Source: Haliotis rubra (lineage: Eukaryota). Taken from it: a stretch of 64,000 nt of DNA. The notes beneath the pieces are model-generated. The model was not told where the DNA came from, did no database searches, and worked only from the letters and a program-made list of their open reading frames with translations. The DNA is taken from positions 558,001 through 622,000 of the forward strand of contig NW_025767162.1 in NCBI RefSeq assembly GCF_003918875.1, read 5' to 3'. A program made the position numbers and the translations under genes. Position 1 is the first letter of the stretch. The number at the start of each line of letters is the position of its first letter. Shown here piece after piece: positions 27,201 to 37,900 of the stretch.

Positions 27201-27634
27201 CTTCAAGGCTAAAGATGACTACCTCAGGGTGTATCCAGGAGATGACTTCTGTCGATATCATGGGCTCTGACCTCTACTACATGCATTCAAACCAGCCTCC
27301 AGTCTCTGATCTGAAGAGAACCTTGGATGATTTGGTGGACATGGCAGAGGCAAGGGATAAGATTCCAGCACTGACAGAAACAGGCATCATGCAGAATGGT
27401 ATTGATTCTGTACATAACTTCTGGAATGACCATGTCTTGGACATCCTGAAAACCGATTCCAAAGCAGCGAGGATCGCTTACATCCTGGCATGGGCCAATC
27501 GTTGTTCTGGAAACCATAAATGTCAGCTCTGGATTCCTTACAAAGGACATCCTGCCGAAGCAGACTTTAGGAACAATTTCTTTAATGATCCCATGACCAT
27601 GTTTTCAAACCAGATCGATGGCATGTATAACTGA
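24226..27634 (+). CDS. GH26 beta-mannanase-like copy 3 (subtype B), 1-bp insertion frameshift at ~27250; exons 24226-24236, 25670-25907, 26674-27634
   Basis: ATGGACGTACG|gtagga; tcaacag|G gives MDVRNIPVIALVFLTTTQC|EPID; ACG|gtaagt; tttcag|GAG. RPLHEQNGGWFWWG, PALTETG. GATGACTTC(T)GTCGAT has an extra T compared with copies 5/6; spliced length 1210 = 3n+1; AATAAA at 27725. Confidence 0.85.
24538..24972. repeat. 44-bp minisatellite x10 in intron 1 of GH26 copy 3
   Basis: Unit ttcgtccactga(g/a)tatgacattaacctgttagttagtaccccgg, head-to-tail with no spacers. Confidence 0.95.
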
Positions 27635-28384
27635 CAGTCGTTTGAAGAGAATACTATTTCTTATATTATTCCATTAATATTTCTAATTTTAATAATATCC
27701 AGGATATCGCTTTTGGTTAATAACAATAAACGTTAGACAGTCGATGATGTGGTGGTTATATTTTATAGGTAGTTCTGTACCTGTCAGTAACATCGAGAAT
27801 GAGTTTGGTCTCATGCGAATCAACACTTTGTTGAAACCCACGAAAAGCCTGGCGCATAATAAGGCCATAAACTACGATCATAACCAGTAAATAAGCCGAT
27901 TTAGCATCAATCCAAGACATAAAAACGTTAGAGTAATGTTTGTTTTTTGTTGTTTCTTGTTCAACTTTGCAAAGTTCCAGACATATGACGGCCGGCCTGT
28001 AAAAGATCACTCTGATTATGGTGCTGATGTGTGCACATTTAACTGAACTCAGTGTAATTTTCCAAACTGGGCCATATCCATTTTAGAAGAATACTTTTTT
28101 CACCCGACAGGTTAAGAAATCATTTAACAATATTTCAACCACATTATGACGCAGACACGCTACACATAAGAGTGATATATCAGGTAAAGTTGGTTTACGA
28201 AACTTCATGTCATTTCTCAGCGATTCACTCAGTCGTAGATAGTTATTTATAAAATCCACCATAATTGGGAGATAAGGAACAAGTAGTTTTTTCTGCTATA
28301 TGTACAGTATTCCATAAGGAATTGCACCATCTCTCCAAAATCAAGTCGAAAATGAACATGCCTGCAATGATTAACAGACCTCAA

Positions 28385-28640
28385 ATGGAGATCTTGATGA
28401 ACTCTCCAACACAAAAGGTGTTACTGGACAGTGTCCTGTAGTGTTACCTTGCTTTACGTATTTGGCAAAGGTTGCTTATGCTCGAGGTGAAATAGCCACA
28501 ATATTGGAGCATCTCAACATCCCATATACTGCATATTCTGAAGACCGACTCTAAAGCAGCAAGAATCGCCTATATTCCCACCTGGACTAACCATTCTTAT
28601 AAAGAGTGCGATCTCTGAATGCCTTACAAAGATTATCCAG
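28385..28640 (+). pseudogene. GH26 relic (copy 4), internally deleted, copy-2-like
   Basis: Start of exon 3 (gatgaactctccaacacaaaaggtgttactggacag...tatttggcaaaggttgcttatgctcg...catctcaac) is joined directly to the late part (attctgaagaccgactctaaagcagcaagaat...tggactaaccatt...atgccttacaaag). Both catalytic Glu regions are missing and a TGA stop replaces Trp. Confidence 0.85.
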
Positions 28641-28904
28641 GGACGAGTGAAAGTGAATTCTCATTTGAGATTCCCTATGATGATGGCTACATGTTTGTGA
28701 GGACCATACTGCTTGCTATTAACCAAAGTAGGAATTGTATCTTATACCCTGTGTTATTTCGGGATTAAGGGCTGATTTGTGACTGGAAATAAAACTAAGG
28801 AGTTTGTTTGATACGAGTAGTATCGTTGGATTATTGTTTTGGATTTATTACCAAATGCAATTTTCAAGTGTATGCATGATTCGATTAAAGGTTACACATA
28901 CGTA

Positions 28905-31344
28905 CAGTACAACCAGAAATTATTGAGAAGTTAAAGATTGTAATTTTATATTTTTTTTCACTCATTGCTCACGTATTGAATGTGCATATTTGCGGAACAT
29001 AACTCCAGATTCAAAGACAGGTGAACAGTTCGTATTTTGTCAAGTCACCATGGGCAGCAATGCAGGCTTCAATGCGGTGGGGCATACTACTGATCAAAGA
29101 AGTTAGAAAGTCGTGGTCCACGCTGTCCCAATATCGGACCACCTCTTCTTTCATTTCACCAATATTTGTCAGATTTTTCTTATTGACACTTTCCTTCATA
29201 AGTCCCCAAACATTTTCTATTGGATTAAGGTCAGGGCTATAGCTTGGCCAATCTAATAATGTCATATTTTGGGTCCGAAACCAGGCCTGTGAATGCTTTG
29301 AACGATGTTTTGGGTCGTTGTCCTGCTCGAAAATCCAAGAATTTCCATACAACACGTGAGCAGATGGAAGTAAATGTCCCTCGAGAATATCTGTGTACCG
29401 CTTGCTCACTGTTCATATTCCCTTCAAATACACAGAGGGGCGTTGCCCTAACACAGATATGCCACCCCACACGTTAAATTTCGTACTTTGGGCGCTGATA
29501 CATAGGTTTTTCAGTTTGTTTGGTCCAGAATTTCAGCGTATTAGGAAACAGCCACACAGAACTTTCATCTGAGAAAATCACATTGTCCCAGTTAAAATTT
29601 CTATGCTGTAAGCACCAGTTTAACCTTCGTTCCTTTTTTATGCCCCCGCAATTTATGGCAGGGGCATATAGGGCTACCCTCGGTGTCCGTCCGTCCGTCC
29701 GTCCGTCTGTCCGTCGGTACGAAACAGGGAATGTATTCTGTCCTCTTCTCCACCATAACCGCTCTGTTGAATTCAATGAACTTATACATGGGCTTTCTTG
29801 GGACTCTAATGGTGTGCATTTCATATTTTTTAAAAATATTTTTACTGTTTTTTTGGGTAAGTTTAGAGACATTTGAACTTAGGTACATTTTACTGAATTT
29901 CTCTATGATGATAGTGTAAAAGGGGATGAAGTTTATTCACTTCTCCACAAAAAACTGCTCAACAGAATTGAATGAACTTCTACATGTCTTTTGTAGGGAC
30001 TCTACAGGTGTGCATTTCATAATGTTTTATGCAATTTCTTAATTTTGTCACTTCTACAGATGTTTGAACTTCGTTGAATCTCGTTCTATTCAGCCAGTGT
30101 TCGTTCCAGCCAACAGGGGGTGTATGTTATCCACTTCTCTTCAAAAACTACTTTATGGAATTCATTTAGATTACACATGTGCTTTATAGGGAGTCTTAAG
30201 GCGTGCATCTTATATTTTGATTGTGTATTTTATTTATTTTTCCAATTATAATGCCGTTTGAACGTAGATAAATTTTGTTGAATTTCTCTCTGAATATAGT
30301 GTTGCAGGGGGTGAAGTCTATCCACTTCTCCACAAAAGCTGCTCAACAGAATTGATTGAGCTTCTACGTGTGTTTCATTGGAACTCTAAAGGTGTGCATC
30401 TCATACCTTGTTCATCTAATTTCTTAATTTTGTCACTTTTACAGATGTTTGAACTAAGTTGAATTTTGTTCTATTTAGTCTGTTCGTTCCATTCAACAGG
30501 GGGTGTACGTTATCCACTTCTCCTCAAAAACTACTTTATGAAATTCATTTAGATTACACATGTGCTTTATAGGGACTCTAAAGGTGTGCATCTCATATTT
30601 TGATTTTGTATTTTATTTATTTTTCCAATTTTAATGCCGTTTAAACTTGCATACATTTTGTTGAATTTCTCTCTGAATATAGTGTCATAGTTGCATAGAT
30701 GTTTATTGAACTTGTTCGTGAATTTTGTTCAATTATTGATCTTTATATGTCAGCGGGGGCATCCGTGTCCCTGGACACAAATTTTTCTTGTTTGTTCAGG
30801 TTTCATGATCGGTGATGGAATTCCTCGACTTTTCTGCCAACCCATTGCATGCAGCTCAGTTCTAAGTGTCTCCTTACAGACAGCCACAGTTCCTCTATCA
30901 ATCATATCCAGCCTTAAGTTTTCTAAACTCCTTCGTTTGTTTTTAGAAACAAGAATACCAAGCCGCCTCCTGTCACCGACAGTCAATTTTCTGGGCCTAC
31001 CTGAGCCTCCCTCGTGCTCAATGCCATATCCATTTGCAATATTTTCCAAAACACGATAAACAGTGGACAAAGGGATGCCTGTTTTGCTTGAAATCACTTT
31101 AGCTGATCTGATGTCCTTGTTATAATACTCCCTCTTCTCTAAATCATCCATATTGAGGATGACTGAAAATGTCGTCTGCTATCAAGTAAACAAAGGTGGA
31201 TAACTCTCCACAAACTAATGAAAACGGATAACGGAGTTGTCTCTCTTGAATGAAACCAAGCACTTGATAGCTGGTTAAGGTTGTATATACAAGATATCCA
31301 ATTTAACATATTTCTAAAATTCTCAATAATTTCTGGTCATACTA
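28905..31344 (-). mobile_element. Tc1/mariner DD34E transposon, interrupted by a Helentron-type insertion
   Basis: TIRs (c/t)agt...accagaaattattgagaa with flanking TA; transposase from 31151 (HTH, GSGRPRKL), FSDES, FEQDNDPKH, SPDLNPIENVW with 34 residues between D and E. Confidence 0.9.
29636..30791 (+). mobile_element. Helentron-associated non-autonomous element (HINE/DINE-1-like) with internal ~190-bp tandem repeats
   Basis: tttatgcccccg start, (GTCC)n microsatellite, subterminal IR cgggggcat at 30754, palindrome gtgtccctggacac, T-rich end, inserted in a T-run; removal restores ...KPEQ-KERRLNW in the Tc1 ORF. Confidence 0.8.
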
Positions 31345-31987
31345 TAACTCATGTCAGGGAAACTAAAAGCAGGGCGTACATTCAAGTTGTGACAGCGTGT
31401 GCAGTGAAAAAAACCAAAAGCATCACCAAATCGGCACTATGCTGAACAGTTGCCGAAACAACACAACAAACATATCTCAGGTTCAATTCCACCCTTTTCA
31501 AACACGATGCATGGAGATCGAAATGACTCAGATATCACTTTGGTCTGCAAACAAAATCTTCCTTAGAGGAAATCTTGAATTTCTGGTTTCTTGGGTGGGA
31601 TCATTTACAGGCAGCCTGCCACGTGTCTGGAACTCTGCAACGTTAGATAACAAACCACCGAGTCCTAATCTTTTAGCCTTATTAAGTTTTATGATTTTAC
31701 GCACCATATCCATGTACATGGGTTTTAACAAACCGTTAACTGGGTTCTACGAGCTCCTCACACAGGGAGTTGAATAGCCTTTATGTAACTGGAATACAAC
31801 TGATCCGTATTAGATCAAACTCCTTCATCTTAACTGTGACTGACACGAACAGATATTTCAAATAAAACGTTAGCCACATATAGAATATAACCACACCACC
31901 ATTGATTGATTAATGTTTATTGAATATAATTAAAATTACAATTATTAATGGATTAATAACAGAAATAGTATTCTCGTCCAACGACTC

Positions 31988-34900
31988 TCAGTTATACATG
32001 CCACTGATCTGGTTCGCAAATATAGTCATAGGATCATTAAAGAAATTGTTCCTAAAGTCTCCTTCGGCAGGATGTCCTTTGTAAGGAATCCAGAGCTGGC
32101 ATTTGTGGCTTCCAAAACAGTGATTGGCCCATGCCAGGATGTAAGCGATCCTTGCTGCTTTGGAATCGGTTTTCAGGATGTCTAGGATGTGGTCGTTCCA
32201 GAAGTTATGTACAGAATCAATACCATTCTGCATGATGCCAGTTTCTGTCAGTGCTGGAATCTTATCCCTTGCCTCTGCCATGTCCACCAAATCATCCAAG
32301 GTTCTCTTCAGATCAGAGACTGGAGGCTGGTTTGGATGCATGTAGTAGAAGTCAGTGCCCATGATATCGACGAAGTCGTCTCCTGGATACACCTTAAGGT
32401 AGTCATCTTTAGTCTTGAACTTATCTGGGCTGATGCAATACAGAATATTGTGGACACCTCTTGTATCTCTTAAGTATGTCACGATATACTTGTACAGGTC
32501 TTTCAGATCATCCGCCGTATTCTGAGTTTGGGGAGAGAGGCCCCACCAAAACCATCCTCCATTTAGTTCGTGAAGAGGTCGAAAGATAAATGGAATTAGT
32601 TTACCACTGGAGTCGGTGAAATTGAGAGCCCAGTCAGCAATCTTGTCCAGGTTCTCCTTGTATTTCAGGTTATGGTCTCCTCCAGGGAGGATTCTTTTAA
32701 CTGTATGAACAACATCCCCTGTATCCTTCTTCACCCATGGGGACCCACCAGTGACGGGGTTGTTGAGATGCTGGCAAAAGGTTATAACTTGCCCTCTTGC
32801 ATAAGCAAGCTTGGCCAGGTAGGTCTTCGTCGCGGTTCGGTCATCAAGAAATTGAGAAAAGTCAAAACTAGACACAGCTGGGTATTGTCCTGTGACACCT
32901 TTGGTGTCAGACAACTCATCAGGATAGCCAGACAGTGCCTGTTTCTCCTGAAATATAATGCATGGTCTTTAGTTTTGTAACAAATGTAAATTGAAACAAA
33001 CACGTCAACGCTCGAGAACAGCCTTTCTTGACTTTCTGCCGAAAAGAATATAATTGGGAGCAAGGAAAGTAAGGGGCGATAATTACATGTATGGATCACG
33101 AGAACTCAGTGATGCCATCAGGTGTCCAAAGAAAACAATAACAGTCCTGTTCCAGTCGTTGCTGCATGTAAATTATTGGCGATGGAATATTCCTAAGTAA
33201 GATATCTTGCTAAAACAACTAAAACAACAGACATATACTTCGACACATTTGGGTTTGACTTAATGCCATGCCTAGAGAATCTGTGGGTTTTGGCTCTGTT
33301 GCCTTCTCTTCCCATGGGCATTTTGAACACTTACACCAAAGATGTATCCTTGCACATCGCCGTCATGCATCAGCGTCTGGACCAAGTATGGAGGATGCCC
33401 TCCTTGAGCTCCCAATGTTGTGTCAGCATGATGACCAAACATCACTTTGGAGGAGTTCCTAGCCAGGGCTTTGATGTTCTTGTATAGGTTTTTAGTCTCC
33501 ACAGTTGCATGCTGATCAATTGGCTCACACTGCGTCGTTGCGAGAAAGACGAGAGCTATAACTGGTATGTTACTGTTGAAAAATAACAATATTTTGGCAT
33601 AATGGTGGTGCTGGTGTTTAATGTCGCATTTAAGATTATTTTACTTATGTGTGTGTGGTTGATTGACGTAAAAAGCCTGGATCCACAGTTGAGTTTTTTT
33701 AAGTAGGAGCTGAAGTCGTGTTCCAGATTATGGCCCTAAGAGTGAGTGAGTGAGTGAGTTATTATTTAACGTCACATCGGCAATATTTCAGCCATATCGT
33801 GACGAGAACATATGTGACATTGAAATGGAATATATGTATATTATAAAAACCTGTCGACGAAGGACAGTAAAACAACTAGAATATCACAATTACAACTAAA
33901 CCTAGTGTGGAAAAGTAAAACTAATAGCACTAATTGGACAATACAATATAAAAACTGGCTATAGATCGCCAACAACTGAAGGTAGATCAGCAAACTAGGG
34001 ACCATGGGGACAGTACTTTTGCTACCTGCATGGACCCTAGTTGGATTTATATCATCCCTTCAGCTGCTGGCGATTGAAGTCAAATTTAGCCAAATTTAAA
34101 ATGACAAGAATACTACATTTAAAACAGCTGGTAAATTTAAATTTCCTTTGAATGTTTCGGGACTTACGTATCCTCTCAGGAGGACAATAATTTTACAATA
34201 CTTAAACCCCCACTAACAATCTCAGTTACTAATCTAAAATACCAATAACAAAATATGTATATATTTACAAATCAATTAAAAGGTCTAATTCTTTTAAAAA
34301 TACAATAATTAAATGAGAACTTATATTACTAAAAAGATCCTTCATAGTTCATGATTTGAAATGGATATCCCTTGTGATGGAATATTCAACACAGTCAAGC
34401 AGGTCATGCTTGACCGTCATTCTTTCATCACAAGGGATACAAAACGGAAGAACCTCACCTTTTAATAGGTACTCATGAGTATATCTTTTGTGGCCAATAC
34501 GACATCGTCGTATGATGACTCTTCAAATCTTGACTGACAACCCAAGTAGGTGTAACCGATACTTGGTTTTATTGTATGTAATTTACACCTACTTGGGTGT
34601 CCCACTTCTTTTGCATCAGATCACGGATATAAGATCTAAAAGCAGCTTTGTAATCAGAGTATGGGATCAGAAGTGGTGTCACAGATTTGTTGAGTGCTGT
34701 CTTAGCAGCAAGATCGGCCATTGTGTTCCCACAAATGCCAACGTGGCTGGGAAACCAACAAAAGACGATGTCGCATTGGCCAGTAGCAAGCTCATTACCA
34801 TTAAAATAATTTCTAATAAAAGTGGATGTTTACAAGAAAGATTTTTTTAATAGCCTGTAGACACAAAGAGAATCGGAAAATATTATGTATGGTTTATGTT

Positions 34901-37900
34901 TACTGTGTTTATTAATATATTTAAGAGCTGTTAATATGGCGTTAGCTTCTGCTGTGAAAATAGAGCTGTTATTTGGTAGTCGAGAAGATATCGTTCTGGA
35001 TCCAATCACAGTGGTACATGCCACCGCACAACCATCCTTGGACCCATCTGTAAATAAGGATTTGTATGCATTTTTCTTATGTTTTAATTGATTATATTCT
35101 TGTTGATATTGTAATTCATTTGTTACAGTTTTCTAAAACTTTGTCAGAGTTAGGTCAACTTCAGGCCTCACCAGTTACCAAGGAGGAGAAGAAAGAAGAC
35201 GTGAAGGAGATATATTTTCCAGCTCAATGCCGGCAGCAGAAATGAATGGATTAATTCTCAAACCAAGAGGCGGAACAAGAGAAGGCTTTTTGTTGGACAT
35301 ATCCTCATAAGAAGGATTGAAAAACACAGTTAAATGCAGGATTTGACTCATTAAAATATAGTTTTGTTACATACTGCAAGGATAATTATATACGGCGTTG
35401 TGTAAGAGATGGCTCATCGGCCTCGCCGTAGAAACTGTCAACAGAAGAAGTTCTAAAGGACCCAAGACAAAGTCATAGACCCTGGTGGTGGACAGAATCT
35501 AATAGTTTGAGGTTGCTTTTGCAGGCTCCACCATAAACGATGGAACCCAAATCAAGTTTGGAACGTACCAGTGACTTTCAACAAGTCAAGTGCCTTCAGG
35601 CATTTAGTTTTAAGGGATTTAATATGTGGTAAAAACATTAAGTGTGAGTCAAAATAATTCCCAAGAACTTGGCCTCCTTCACAACGTCAATGGTGTGTCA
35701 TTTAGAGATAGTTCAGGGTCTTTATGCGGTTTGTATTAAGGCAGAAATGTATACAATTAGTTTTGGATTTAGAAAATTTAAAGCCGTTTTCAAGACACCA
35801 TTTATTTATCTTGTTTAAACACAACTGCAGTTGCCGTTCAATAGTATTCATATTTTTACCACGACAAGAAATATTAAAATCATCCACAAAAGGTGATCCA
35901 TCGATTGAATCGTTTAAAACCTTTGATAAACTGTTGATCTTGATACTAAATAGTGTCACAGACAAAATACTGTCTTGTTGGACACCCTCATCCTGACTGT
36001 AATGATCAGACAGGGTAGAACCCACTCGGACTTGAAATTGTCTGTCATTTAAAAAGTTAGCTTTAAATTGAGGCAAACGGCCTCGCAATCCGAAGCCATG
36101 TAAATCTCTTAAAATGCCATATTTCCACGTGGTGTCAGATGCCTTTTCAAGATAAAAAAGACACAGCGTGTTGTTTATTAATTAGAGCGTTTTTAACAAA
36201 TTATGCACCATAGGATGGCAACGGAAATTATGTTCTGCTTTTTTCCTTGCCTTCCTAGCTTGTTTGCACTCATCGTTGAACCATGGTTTTCGGATATGTG
36301 GATTTGCAGAGGACTGTGGTATACATCAGCTATGGTATTCAGTTCATCAGAAAAAACAGTTAATAGCATCAGGAACGTCAATAAAAAGTTCAGGTTTCAG
36401 TTTTGTAGCACACAGTGTTTCATATAAATCCCAGTTAGCCTCCTTAAAATTCCACCTTTGTGATGGAGGTACATCAGATGGAGTTAAAGGTTTTAGTATA
36501 GTAGGAAAATGGTCACTTCCACAGAGGTCAGCGTAGACTGACCATTCAAATGCATTTAGTAGTTCAGAATTTGTGACTGACAAGTCGAGAGCAGAATAGG
36601 TTCCTGTACCAGGGTGTAAATATGTGTTTGAACCATCATTATAAATACATAAATCAATATCTGAACAAAACTCCTCTAGTAATTTACCCTTAACGTTTGT
36701 ATTTGCACTACCCCAGACTGGGTTGTGCCCATTTAAATCTCCCATAATAATACAGGGCTTTGGGAGTTGCTCATATAGCTTGAAGATCGGTTTTTGTGAA
36801 ACGTTGAAGACGGAGATATATAGAGAGAGCATAATGTAAACGCAACGTGCAAAGTTAGTTGCGCTGCAACAGCCTGAAAATTAGTAGTAAGTGCAACAGG
36901 GATATGGATAACGTTCTGTTTGACTAGGATGTAAGATCATCCAGTGGCCCTGTCACCCAGTGGTAAAAAACAATGATATGCATTGAAAGAACGCAGGACA
37001 AAAGCATTCGTCTGTTTTAAATAGGTCTCCTGCAAACAGAACGCTGATGGTGTTAAATCCTGGTCTAAAAGTTGTAATTCACTGAAATTAGTCCTCAGTC
37101 CTCTACAATTCCACCGTATAATATGACTGTGATAAACTATCTTTAGAGAGGATTTATTGGGGATCTTTCCCGTACTTTTTTGATGGGCGACAAGCTGTGC
37201 GCCCTAGAACGGACAGTTTCGGACACATCCTTGTCCTCAAGGGAACCATATTTGTTGTATAAGTTGATTTGATTTTCTGACCCTGAGTTTTTTCAAAGAA
37301 TCTGGCTTCTTACCTTTGCCTTTAAGGGGCTGAGTAGACTTTGATGTCGACTGAGATGATGCGTCAAGATCAGAGGATGTTTCACATTGGCTTTGAGACG
37401 TACTAGGAACTGATTCTGTTGTTTGGGTAGATATTGCAGGTGAGAATATCAGAGGAGATTCGGATTTAACCCAGGTCAAGTTTGTCTGACAGCATGCAGA
37501 TGACTTTGTTATTCTAGTGGTTGCTTCTGACAGTGTTCTGGTGATAGAAGCATAGCTCCCCTTATGCTCTGAGATTTGAACTAGTTTTTATGCATCGGCA
37601 AAACTAATATTTTGGGTAAATTCGATTCTATTTATCTCCATTTGATGCTTCCAAACAGGACAGTTTTTAGAGTAAGATGGATGATCCCCGTCACAGTTGG
37701 TACATTTTTTAAACATTACTGTCACAATCTTCTGTTGCATGTGTCTTTTCACCACAGTGAGCACATACAACAGACAATGTGCAAGTATTTACGCCATGAC
37801 CGAACTTTTGACATTTGAAGCACCTTAGAGGGTTCGGAATGTAGAGATTTTGGAACTTTTGATGACGAATATGACAGGTAGGTATTTGTTTTCATAACAG

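Noticed and set aside
22640-27270. Programmed ribosomal frameshifting in copies 2 and 3
   Set aside because: The indels are of opposite sign, there is no slippery heptamer, and the other paralogues are in a single frame.
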